Positions 39,768 to 52,600 of a stretch of 64,000 bases of DNA are shown here, in pieces. Source of the DNA: the human T2T-CHM13v2.0 reference genome, Homo sapiens. Location of the stretch: assembly GCF_009914755.1 (NCBI RefSeq), contig NC_060943.1. One strand, written 5' to 3'. The notes beneath the pieces are model-generated. The model worked only from the letters and a program-made list of their open reading frames with translations, had not been told where the DNA came from and did no database searches. The position numbers were made by a program, and so were the translations under genes. How positions within the stretch are numbered: the first letter of the stretch is position 1; each line of letters starts with the position of its first letter.

Positions 39768-42700
39768 ATGATTCTCAGAAACTCCTTTGTGATGTGTGCG
39801 TTCAACTCACAGAGTTTAACTTTTCTTTTCATAGAGCAGTTGGGAAACACTCTGTTTGTAAAGTCTGCAAGTGGATATTCAGACATCCTTGAGGCTTTCG
39901 TTGGAAACGGGATTTCTTCATATTATGCTAGACAGAAGAATTCTCAGTAACTTCCTTGTGTTGTGTGTATTCAACTCACAGAGTTGAACGATCCTTTACA
40001 CAGAGCAGACTTGAAACACTCTTTTTGTGGAATTTGCAAGTGGAGATTTCAGCCGCTTTGAGTTCAATGGTAGAATAGGAAATATCTTCCTATAGAAACT
40101 AGACAGAATGATTCTCAGAAACTCCTTTGTGATGTGTGCGTTCAACTCACAGAGTTCAACCTTTCTTTTAATAGAGCAGTTGGGAAACACTCTGTTTGTA
40201 AAGTCTGCAAGTGGATATTCAGACTTCTTTGAGGCCTTCGTTGGAAGCGGGATTTCTTCATATTCTGCTAGACAGAAGAATTCTCAGTAACTTCCTTGTG
40301 TTGTGTGTATTCAACTCACGGAGTTGAACGATCCTTTACACAGAGCAGACTTGAAACACTCTTTTTGTGGAATTTGCAAGTGGAGATTTCAGCCGCTTTG
40401 AGGTCAATGGTAGAATAGGAAATATCTTCCTATAGAAACTAGACAGAATGATTCTCAGAAACTCCTTTGTGATGTGTGCGTTCAACTCACAGAGTTTAAC
40501 CTTTCTTTTCATAGAGCAGTTAGGAAACACTCTGTTTGTAAAGTCTGCAAGTGGATATTCAGACATCCTTGAGGCTTTCGTTGGAAACGGGATTTCTTCA
40601 TATTCTGCTAGAAAGAAGAATTCTCAGTAACTTCCTTGTGTTGTGTGTATTCAACTCACAGAGTTGAACGATCCTTTACACAGAGCAGACTTGAAACACT
40701 CTTTTTGTGGAATTTGCAAGTGGAGATTTCAGCCGCTTTGAGGTCAATGGTAGAATAGGAAATATCTTCCTATAGAAACTAGACAGAATGATTCTCAGAA
40801 ACTCCTTTGTGATGTGTGCGTTCAACTCACAGAGTTTAACCTTTCTTTTCATAGAGCAGTTGGGAAACACTCTGTTTGTAAAGTCTGCAAGTGGATATTC
40901 AGACATCCTTGAGGCTTTCGTTGGAAACGGGATTTCTTCATATTCTGCTAGAAAGAAGAATTCTCAGTAACTTCCTTGTGTTGGGTGTATTCAACTCACA
41001 GAGTTGAACGATCCTTTACACAGAGCAGACTTGAAACACTCTTTTTGTGGAATTTGCAAGTGGAGATTTCAGCCGCTTTGAGTTCAATGGTAGAATAGGA
41101 AATATCTTCCTATAGAAACTAGACAGAATGATTCTCAGAAACTCCTTTGTGATGTGTGCGTTCAACTCACAGAGTTTAACTTTTCTTTTCATAGAGCAGT
41201 TGGGAAACACTCTGTTTGTAAAGTCTGCAAGTGGATATTCAGACATCCTTGAGGCTTTCGTTGGAAACGGGATTTCTTCATATACTGCTAGAAAGAAGAA
41301 TTCTCAGTAACTTCCTTGTGTTGTGTGTTTTCAACTCACAGAGTTGAACGATCCTTTACACAGAGCAGACTTGAAACACTCCTTTTGTGGAATTTGCAAG
41401 TGGAGATTTCAGCCGCTTTGAGGTCAATGGTAGAATAGGAAATATCTTCCTATAGAAAGTAGACAGAATGATTCTCAGAAACTCCTTTGTGATGTGTGCG
41501 TTCAACTCACAGAGTTTAACCTTTCTTTTCATAGAGCAGTTAGGAAACACTCTGTTTGTAAAGTCTGCAAGTGGATATTCAGACCTCCTTGAGGCCTTCG
41601 TTGGAAACGGGATTTCTTCATATTATGCTAGACAGAAGAATTCTCAGTAACTTCCTTGTGTTGTGTGTATTCAACTCACAGAGTTGAACGATCCTTTACA
41701 CAGAGCAGACTTGAAACACTCTTTTTGTGGAATTTGCAAGTGGAGATTTCAGCCGCTTTGAGTTCAATGGTAGAATAGGAAATATCTTCCTATAGAAACT
41801 AGACAGAATGATTCTCAGAAACTCCTTTGTGATGTGTGCGTTCAACTCACAGAGTTCAACCTTTCTTTTAATAGAGCAGTTGGGAAACACTCTGTTTGTA
41901 AAGTCTGCAAGTGGATATTCAGACTTCTTTGAGGCCTTCGTTGGAAGCGGGATTTCTTCATATTCTGCTAGACAGAAGAATTCTCAGTAACTTCCTTGTG
42001 TTGTGTGTATTCAACTCACAGAGTTGAACGATCCTTTACACAGAGCAGACTTCAAACACTCTTTTTGTGGAATTTGCAAGTGGAGATTTCAGCCGCTTTG
42101 AGGTCAATGGTAGAATAGGAAATATCTTCCTATAGAAACTAGACAGAATGATTCTCAGAAACTCCTTTGTGATGTGTGCGTTCAACTCACAGAGTTTAAC
42201 CTTTCTTTTCATAGCGCAGTTGGGAAACACTCTGTTTGTAAAGTCTGCAAGTGGATATTCAGACATCCTTGAGGCTTTCGTTGGAAACGGGATTTCTTCA
42301 TATTCTGCTAGAAAGAAGAATTCTCAGTAACTTCCTTGTGTTGTGTGTATTCAACTCACAGAGTTGAACGATCCTTTACACAGAGCAGACTTGAAACACT
42401 CTTTTTGCGGAATTTGCAAGTGGAGATTTCAGCCGCTTTGAGGTCAATGGTAGAATAGGAAATATCTTCCTGTAGAAAATAGACAGAATGATTCTCAGAA
42501 ACTCCTTTGTGATGTGTGCGTTCAACTCACAGAGTTCAACCTTTCTTTTCATAGAGCAGTTGGGAAACACTCTGTTTGTAAAGTCTGCAAGTGGATATTC
42601 AGACTTCTTTGAGGCCTTCGTTGGAAGCGGGATTTCTTCATATTCTGCTAGACAGAAGAATTCTCAGTAACTTCCTTGTGTTGTGTGTATTCAACTCACA

Positions 42701-45700
42701 GAGTTGAACGATCCTTTACACAGAGCAGACTTGAAACACTCTTTTTGTGGAATTTGCAAGTGGAGATTTCAGCCGCTTTGAGGTCAATGGTAGAATAAGA
42801 AATATCTTCCTATAGAAACTAGACAGAATGATTCTCAGAAACTCCTTTGTGATGTGTGCGTTCAACTCACAGAGTTTACCCTTTCTTTTCATAGAGCAGT
42901 TGGGAAACACTCTGTTTGTAAAGTCTGCAAGTGGATATTCAGACATCCTTGAGGCTTTCGTTGGAAACGGGATTTCTTCATATTCTGCTAGAAAGAAGAA
43001 TTCTCAGTAACTTCCTTGTGTTGTGTGTATTCAACTCACAGAGTTGAACGATCCTTTACACAGAGCAGACTTGAAACACTCTTTTTGTGGAATTTGCAAG
43101 TGGAGATTTCAGCCGCTTTGAGGTCAATGGTAGAATAGGAAATATCTTCCTATAGAAACTAGACAGAATGATTCTCAGAAACTCCTTTGTGATGTGTGCG
43201 TTCAACTCACAGAGTTTAACCTTTCTTTTCATAGAGCAGTTGGGAAACACTCTGTTTGTAAAGTCTGCAAGTGGATATTCAGACATCCTTGAGGCTTTCG
43301 TTGGAAACGGGATTTCTTCATATTCTGCTAGAAAGAAGAATTCTCAGTAACTTCCTTGTGTTGTGTGTATTCAACTCACAGAGTTGAACGATCCTTTACA
43401 CAGAGCAGACTTGAAACACTCTTTTTGCGGAATTTGCAAGTGGAGATTTCAGCCGCTTTGAGGTCAATGGTAGAATAGGAAATATCTTCCTATAGAAACT
43501 AGACAGAATGATTCTCAGAAACTCCTTTGTGATGTGTGCGTTCAACTCACACAGTTTAACCTTTCTTTTCATAGAGCAGTTAGGAAACACTCTGTTTGTA
43601 AAGTCTGCAAGTGGATATACAGACCTCCTTGAGGCCTTCGTTGGAAACGGGATTTCTTCATATTATGCTAGACAGAAGAATTCTCAGTAACTTCCTTGTG
43701 TTGTGTGTATTCAACTCACAGAGTTGAACGATCCTTTACACAGAGCAGACTTGAAACACTCTTTTTGTGGAATTTGCAAGTGGAGATTTCAGCCGCTTTG
43801 AGGTCAATGGTAGAATAGGAAATATCTTCCTATAGAAACTAGACAGAATGATTCTCAGAAACTCCTTTGTGATGTGTGCGTTCAACTCACAGAGTTTAAC
43901 CTTTCTTTTCATAGAGCAGTTAGGAAACACTCTGTTTGTAAAGTCTGCAAGTGGATATTCAGACATCCTTGAGGCTTTCGTTGGAAACGGGATTTCTTCA
44001 TATTCTGCTAGAAAGAAGAATTCTCAGTAACTTCCTTGTGTTGTGTGTATTCAACTCACAGAGTTGAACGATCCTTTACACAGAGCAGACTTGAAACACT
44101 CTTTTTGTGGAATTTGCAAGTGGAGATTTCAGCCGCTTTGAGGTCAATGGTAGAATAGGAAATATCTTCCTATAGAAACTAGACAGAATGATTCTCAGAA
44201 ACTCCTTTGTGATGTGTGCGTTCAACTCACAGAGTTTAACCTTTCTTTTCATAGAGCAGTTGGGAAACACTCTGTTTGTAAAGTCTGCAAGTGGATATTA
44301 AGACATCCTTGAGGCTTTCGTTGGAAACGGGATTTCTTCATATTCTGCTAGAAAGAAGAATTCTCAGTAACTTCCTTGTGTTGTGTGTATTCAACTCACA
44401 GAGTTGAACGATCCTTTACACAGAGCAGACTTGAAACACTCTTTTTGTGGAATTTGCAAGTGGAGATTTCAGCCGCTTTGAGTTCAATGGTAGAATAGGA
44501 AATATCTTCCTATAGAAACTAGACAGAATGATTCTCAGAAACTCCTTTGTGATGTGTGCGTTCAACTCACAGAGTTTAACTTTTCTTTTCATAGAGCAGT
44601 TGGGAAACACTCTGTTTGTAAAGTCTGCAAGTGGATATTCAGACATCCTTGAGGCTTTCGTTGGAAACGGGATTTCTTCATATACTGCTAGAAAGAAGAA
44701 TTCTCAGTAACTTCCTTGTGTTGTGTGTTTTCAACTCACAGAGTTGAACGATCCTTTACACAGAGCAGACTTGAAACACTCCTTTTGTGGAATTTGCAAG
44801 TGGAGATTTCAGCCGCTTTGAGGTCAATGGTAGAATAGGAAATATCTTCCTATAGAAAGTAGACAGAATGATTCTCAGAAACTCCTTTGTGATGTGTGCG
44901 TTCAACTCACAGAGTTCAACCTTTCTTTTAATAGAGCAGTTGGGAAACACTCTGTTTGTAAAGTCTGCAAGTGGATATTCAGACTTCTTTGAGGCCTTCG
45001 TTGGAAGCGGGATTTCTTCATATTCTGCTAGACAGAAGAATTCTCAGTAACTTCCTTGTGTTGTGTGTATTCAACTCACAGAGTTGAACGATCCTTTACA
45101 CAGAGCAGACTTGAAACACTCTTTTTGTGGAATTTGCAAGTGGAGATTTCAGCCGCTTTGAGGTCAATGGTAGAATAGGAAATATCTTCCTATAGAAACT
45201 AGACAGAATGATTCTCAGAAACTCCTTTGTGATGTGTGCGTTCAACTCACAGAGTTTAACCTTTCTTTTCATAGAGCAGTTAGGAAACACTCTGTTTGTA
45301 AAGTCTGCAAGTGGATATTCAGACATCCTTGAGGCTTTCGTGGGAAACGGGATTTCTTCATATTCTGCTAGAAAGAAGAATTCTCAGTAACTTCCTTGTG
45401 TTGTGTGTATTCAACTCACAGAGTTGAACGATCCTTTACACAGAGCAGACTTGAAACACTCTTTTTGTGGAATTTGCAAGTGGAGATTTCAGCCGCTTTG
45501 AGGTCAATGGTAGAATAGGAAATATCTTCCTATAGAAACTAGACAGAATGATTCTCAGAAACTCCTTTGTGATGTGTGCGTTCAACTCACAGAGTTTAAC
45601 CTTTCTTTTCATAGCGCAGTTGGGAAACACTCTGTTTGTAAAGTCTGCAAGTGGATATTCAGACATCCTTGAGGCTTTCGTTGGAAACGGGATTTCTTCA

Positions 45701-46907
45701 TATTCTGCTAGAAAGAAGAATTCTCAGTAACTTCCTTGTGTTGTGTGTATTCAACTCACAGAGTTGAACGATCCTTTACACAGAGCAGACTTGAAACACT
45801 CTTTTTGCGGAATTTGCAAGTGGAGATTTCAGCCGCTTTGAGGTCAATGGTAGAATAGGAAATATCTTCCTATAGAAACTAGACAGAATGATTCTCAGAA
45901 ACTCCTTTGTGATGTGTGCGTTCAACTCACACAGTTTAACCTTTCTTTTCATAGAGCAGTTAGGAAACACTCTGTTTGTAAAGTCTGCAAGTGGATATAC
46001 AGACCTCCTTGAGGCCTTCGTTGGAAACGGGATTTCTTCATATTATGCTAGACAGAAGAATTCTCAGTAACTTCCTTGTGTTGTGTGTATTCAACTCACA
46101 GAGTTGAACGATCCTTTACACAGAGCAGACTTGAAACACTCTTTTTGTGGAATTTGCAAGTGGAGATTTCAGCCGCTTTGAGTTCAATGGTAGAATAGGA
46201 AATATCTTCCTATAGAAACTAGACAGAATGATTCTCAGAAACTCCTTTGTGATGTGTGCGTTCAACTCACAGAGTTCAACCTTTCTTTTCATAGAGCAGT
46301 AGGGAAACACTCTGTTTGTAAAGTCTGCAAGTGGATATTCAGACTTCTTTGAGGCCTTCGTTGGAAGCGGGATTTCTTCATGTTCTGCTAGACAGAAGAA
46401 TTCTCAGTAACTTCCTTGTGTTGTGTGTATTCAACTCACAGAGTTGAACGATCCTTTACACAGAGCAGTCTTGAAACACTCTTTTTGTGGAATTTGCAAG
46501 TGGAGATTTCAGCCGCTTTGAGGTCAATGGTAGAATAGGAAATATCTTCCTATAGAAACTAGACAGAATGATTCTCAGAAACTCCTTTGTGATGTGTGCG
46601 TTCAACTCACAGAGTTTAACCTTTCTTTTCATAGAGCAGTTAGGAAACACTCTGTTTGTAAAGTCTGCAAGTGGATATTCAGACATCCTTGAGGCTTTCG
46701 TTGAAAACGGGATTTCTTCATATTCTGCTAGAAAGAAGAATTCTCAGTAACTTCCTTGTGTTGTGTGTATTCAACTCACAGAGTTGAACGATCCTTTACA
46801 CAGAGCAGACTTGAAACACTCTTTTTGTGGAATTTGCAAGTGGAGATTTCAGCCGCTTTGAGGTCAATGGTAGAATAGGAAATATCTTCCTATAGAAACT
46901 AGACAGA

Positions 46908-49626
46908 ATGATTCTCAGAAACTCCTTTGTGATGTGTGCGTTCAACTCACAGAGTTTAACCTTTCTTTTCATAGCGCAGTTGGGAAACACTCTGTTTGTA
47001 AAGTCTGCAAGTGGATATTCAGACATCCTTGAGGCTTTCGTTGGAAACGGGATTTCTTCATATTCTGCCAGAAAGAAGAATTCTCAGTAACTTCCTTGTG
47101 TTGTGTGTATTCAACTCACAGAGTTGAACGATCCTTTACACAGAGCAGACTTGAAACACTCTTTTTGTGGAATTTGCAAGTGGAGATTTCAGCCGCTTTG
47201 AGGTCAATGTTAGAATAGGAAATATCTTCCTATAGAAACTAGACAGAATGATTCTCAGAACCTCCTTTGTGATGTGTGCGTTCAACTCACAGAGTTTAAC
47301 CTTTCTTTTCATAGAGCAGTTAGGAAACACTCTGTTTGTAAAGTCTGCAAGTGGATATTCAGACATCCTTGAGGCTTTCGTTGGAAACGGGATTTCTTCA
47401 TATTCTGCTAGAAAGAAGAATTCTCAGTAACTTCCTTGTGTTGTGTGTATTCAACTCACAGAGTTGAACGATCCTTTACACAGAGCAGACTTGAAACACT
47501 CTTTTTGTGGAATTTGCAAGTGGAGATTTCAGCCGCTTTGAGGTCAATGGTAGAATAGGAAATATCTTCCTATAGAAACTAGACAGAATGATTCTCAGAA
47601 ACTCCTTTGTGATGTGTGCGTTCAACTCACAGAGTTTAACCTTTCTTTTCATAGCGCAGTTGGGAAACACTCTGTTTGTAAAGTCTGCAAGTGGATATTC
47701 AGACATCCTTGAGGCTTTCGTTGGAAACGGGATTTCTTCATATTCTGCTAGAAAGAAGAATTCTCAGTAACTTCCTTGTGTTGTGTGTATTCAACTCACA
47801 GAGTTGAACGATCCTTTACACAGAGCAGACTTGAAACCCTCTTTTTGTGGAATTTGCAAGTGGAGATTTCAGCCGCTTTGAGGTCAATGTTAGAATAGGA
47901 AACATCTTCCTATAGAAACTAGACAGAATGATTCTCAGAACCTCCTTTGTGATGTGTGCGTTCAACTCACAGAGTTTAACCTTTCTTTTCATAGAGCAGT
48001 TAGGAAACACTCTGTTTGTAAAGTCTGCAAGTGGATATTCAGACATCCTTGAGGCTTTCGTTGGAAACGGGATTTCTTCATATTCTGCTAGAAAGAAGAA
48101 TTCTCAGTAACTTCCTTGTGTTGTGTGTATTCAACTCACAGAGTTGAACGATCCTTTACACAGAGGAGACTTGAAACACTCTTTTTGTGGAATTTGCAAG
48201 TGGAGATTTCAGCCGCTTTGAGGTCAATGGTAGAATAGGAAATATCTTCCTATAGAAACTAGACAGAATGATTCTCAGAAACTCCTTTGTGATGTGTGCG
48301 TTCAACTCACAGAGTTTAACCTTTCTTTTCATAGCGCAGTTGGGAAACACTCTGTTTGTAAAGTCTGCAAGTGGATATTCAGACATCCTTGAGGCTTTCG
48401 TTGGAAACGGGATTTCTTCATATTCTGCTAGAAAGAAGAATTCTCAGTAACTTCCTTGTGTTGTGTGTATTCAACTCACAGAGTTGAACGACCTTTACAC
48501 AGAGCAGACTTGAATCACTCCTTTTGTGGAATTTGCAAGTGGAGATTTCAGCCGCTTTGAGGTCAATGGTAGAATAGGAAATATCTTCCTATAGAAACTA
48601 GACAGAATGATTCTCAGAACCTCCTTTGTGATGTGTGCGTTCAACTCACAGAGTTTAACCTTTCTTTTCATAGAGCAGTTAGGAAACACTCTGTTTGTAA
48701 AGTCTGCAAGTGGATATTCAGACATCCTTGAGGCTTTCGTTGGAAACGGGATTTCTTCATATTCTGCTAGAAAGAAGAATTCTCAGTAACTTCCTTGTGT
48801 TGTGTGTATTCAACTCACAGAGTTGAACGATCCTTTACACAGAGCAGACTTGAAACACTCTTTTTGTGGAATTTGCAAGTGGAGATTTCAGCCGCTTTGA
48901 GGTCAATGGTAGAATAGGAAATATCTTCCTATAGAAACTAGACAGAATGATTCTCAGAACCTCCTTTGTGATGTGTGCGTTCAACTCACAGAGTTTAACC
49001 TTTCTTTTCATAGCGCAGTTGGGAAACACTCTGTTTGTAAAGTCTGCAAGTGGATATTCAGACATCCTTGAGGCTTTCGTTGGAAACGGGATTTCTTCAT
49101 ATTCTGCTAGAAAGAAGAATTCTCAGTAACTTCCTTGTGTTGTGTGTATTCAACTCACAGAGTTGAACGATCCTTTACACAGAGCAGACTTGAAACACTC
49201 TTTTTGTGGAATTTGCAAGTGGAGATTTCAGCCGCTTTGAGGTCAATGTTAGAATAGGAAATATCTTCCTGTAGAAACTAGACAGAATGATTCTCAGAAC
49301 CTCCTTTGTGATGTGTGCGTTCAACTCACAGAGTTGAACCTTTCCTTTCATAGAGCAGTTAGGAAACACTCTGTTTGTAAAGTCTGCAAGTGGATATTCA
49401 GACATCCTTGAGGCTTTCGTTGGAAACGGGATTTCTTCATATTCTGCTAGAAAGAAGAATTCTCAGTAACTTCCTTGTGTTGTGTGTATTCAACTCACAG
49501 AGTTGAACGATCCTTTACACAGAGGAGACTTGAAACACTCTTTTTGTGGAATTTGCAAGTGGAGATTTCAGCCGCTTTGAGGTCAATGGAAGAATAGGAA
49601 ATATCTTCCTATAGAAACTAGACAGA
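46908..49626 (+). repeat. Local 680 bp (two-dimer, four-monomer) sub-array, four copies
   Basis: Dimers marked ATAGCGCAGTTGGG alternate with dimers marked CAGAACCTCC (mostly preceded by CAATGTT); visible in the ORF track as alternating FIAQL and MILRT. Confidence 0.8.
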
Positions 49627-52600
49627 ATGATTCTGAGAAACTCCTTTGTGATGTGTGCGTTCAACTCACACAGTTTAACCTTTCTTTTCATAGAGCAGTT
49701 AGGAAACACTCTGTTTGTAAAGTCTGCAAGTGGATATTCAGACCTCCTTGAGGCCTTCGTTGGAAACGGGATTTCTTCATATTATGCTAGACAGAAGAAT
49801 TCTCAGTAACTTCCTTGTGTTGTGTGTATTCAACTCACAGAGTTGAACGATCCTTTACACAGAGCAGACTTGAAACACTCTTTTTGTGGAATTTGCAAGT
49901 GGAGATTTCAGCCGCTTTGAGTTCAATGGTAGAATAGGAAATATCTTCCTATAGAAACTATACAGAATGATTCTCAGAAACTCCTTTGTGATGTGTGCGT
50001 TCAACTCACAGAGTTCAACCTTTCTTTTCATAGAGCAGTTGGGAAACACTCTGTTTGTAAAGTCTGCAAGTGGATATTCAGACTTCTTTGAGGCCTTCGT
50101 TGGAAGCGGGATTTCTTCATGTTCTGCTAGACAGAAGAATTCTCAGAAACTTCCTTGTGTTGTGTGTTTTCAACTCACAGAGTTGAACGATCCTTTACAC
50201 AGAGCAGACTTGAAACACTCTTTTTGTGGAATTTCCAAGTGGAGATTTCAGCCGCTTTGAGGTCAATGGTAGAATAGGAAATATCTTCCTATAGAAACTA
50301 GACAGAATGATTCTCAGAAACTCCTTTGTGATGTGTGCGTTCAACTCACAGAGTTTAACCTTTCTTTTCATAGAGCAGTTAGGAAACACTCTGTTTGTAA
50401 AGGCTGCAAGTAGATATTCAGACATCTTTGAGGCCTTCGTTGGAAACGGGATTTCTTCATGTTTTGCTAGACAGAAGAATTCTCAGAAACTTCCTTGTGT
50501 TGTGTGTTTTCAACTCACAGAGTTGAACGATGCTTTACACAGAGTAGACTTGAAACACTCTTTTTGTGTAATTTGCAAGTGGAGATTTCAGCCGCTTTGA
50601 GGTCAATGGTAGAAAAGGAAATATCTTCGTATAAAAACTAGACAGAATGATTCTCAGAAACTCCTTTGTGATGTGTGCGTTCAACTCACAGAGTTTAACC
50701 TTTCTTTTCATAGAGCAGTTAGGAAACACTCTGTTTGTAAAGTCTGCAAGTGGATATTCAGACATCCTTGAGGCTTTCGTTGGAAACGGGATTTCTTCAT
50801 GTTCTGCTAGACAGAAGAATTCTCAGTAACTTCCTTGTGTTGTGTGTATTCAACTCACAGAGTTGAACGATCCTTTACACAGAGCAGACTTGAAACACTC
50901 TTTTTGTGGAATTTGCAAGTGGAGATTTCAGCCGCTTTCAGGTCAATGGTAGAATAGGAAATATCTTCCTATAGAAACTAGACAGAATGATTCTCAGAAA
51001 CTCCTTTGTGATGTGTGCGTTCAACTCACAGAGTTTAACCTTTCTTTTCATAGCGCAGTTGGGAAACACTCTGTTTGTAAAGTCTGCAAGTGGATATTCT
51101 GACATCCTTGAGGCTTTCGTTGGAAACGGGATTTCTTCATATTCTGCTAGAAAGAAGAATTCTCAGTAACTTCCTTGTGTTGTGTGTATTCAACTCACAG
51201 AGTTGAACGATCCTTTACACAGAGCAGACTTGAAACACTCTTTTTGTGGAATTTGCAAGTGGAGATTTCAGCCGCTTTGAGGTCAATGGTAGAATAGGAA
51301 ATATCTTCCTATAGAAACTAGACAGAATGATTCTCAGAACCTCCTTTGTGATGTGTGCGTTCAACTCACAGAGTTTAACCTTTCTTTTCATAGAGCAGTT
51401 AGGAAACACTCTGTTTGTAAAGTCTGCAAGTGGATATTCAGACATCCTTGAGGCTTTCGTTGGAAACGGGATTTCTTCATATTCTGCTACAAAGAAGAAT
51501 TCTCAGTAACTTCCTTGTGTTGTGTGTATTCAACTCACAGAGTTGAACGATCCTTTACACAGAGCAGACTTGAAACACTCTTTTTGTGGAATTTGCAAGT
51601 GGAGATTTCAGCCGCTTTGAGTTCAATGGTAGAATAGGAAATATCTTCCTATAGAAACTAGACAGAATGATTCTCAGAAACTCCTTTGTGATGTGTGCGT
51701 TCAACTCACAGAGTTTAACCTTTCTTTTCATAGAACAGTTAGGAAACACTCTGTTTGTAAAGTCTGCAAGTGGATATTCAGACCTCCTTGAGGCTTTCGT
51801 TGGAAACGGGATTTCTTCATATTCTGCTAGAAAGAAGAATTCTCAGTAACTTCCTTGTGTTGTGTGTATTCAACTCACAGAGTTGAACGATCCTTTACAC
51901 AGAGCAGACTTGAAACCCTCTTTTTGTGGAATTTGCAAGTGGAGATTTCAGCCGCTTTGAGGTCAATGGTAGAATAGGAAATATCTTCCTATAGAAACTA
52001 GACAGAATGATTCTCAGAAACTCCTTTGTGATGTGTGCGTTCAACTCACAGAGTTCAACCTTTCTTTTCATAGAGCAGTTGGGAAACACTCTGTTTGTAA
52101 AGTCTGCAAGTGGATATTCAGACTTCTTTGAGGCCTTCGTTGGAAGCGGGATTTCTTCATGTTCTGCTAGACAGAAGAATTCTCAGAAACTTCCTTGTGT
52201 TGTGTGTTTTCAACTCACAGAGTTGAACGATCCTTTACACAGAGCAGACTTGAAACACTCTTTTTGTGGAATTTGCAAGTGGAGATTTCAGCCGCTTTGA
52301 GGTCAATGGTAGAATAGGAAATATCTTCCTATAGAAACTAGACAGAATGATTCTCAGAAACTCCTTTGTGATGTGTGCGTTCAACTCACAGAGTTTAACC
52401 TTTCTTTTCATAGAGCAGTTAGGAAACACTCTGTTTGTAAAGTCTGCAAGTAGATATTCAGACATCTTTGAGGCCTTCGTTGGAAACGGGATTTCTTCAT
52501 GTTCTGCTAGACAGAAGAATTCTCAGAAACTTCCTTGTATTGTGTGTTTTCAACTCACAGAGTTGAACGATGCTTTACACAGAGTAGACTTGAAACACTC

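Noticed and set aside
45336-46712. CENP-B box variants TTTCGTGGGAAACGGGA (45342) and TTTCGTTGAAAACGGGA (46704), plus ATTCG variants at 14746, 37178 and 39216
   Set aside because: The changes fall outside the nine core positions, so they are not counted as disrupted boxes.
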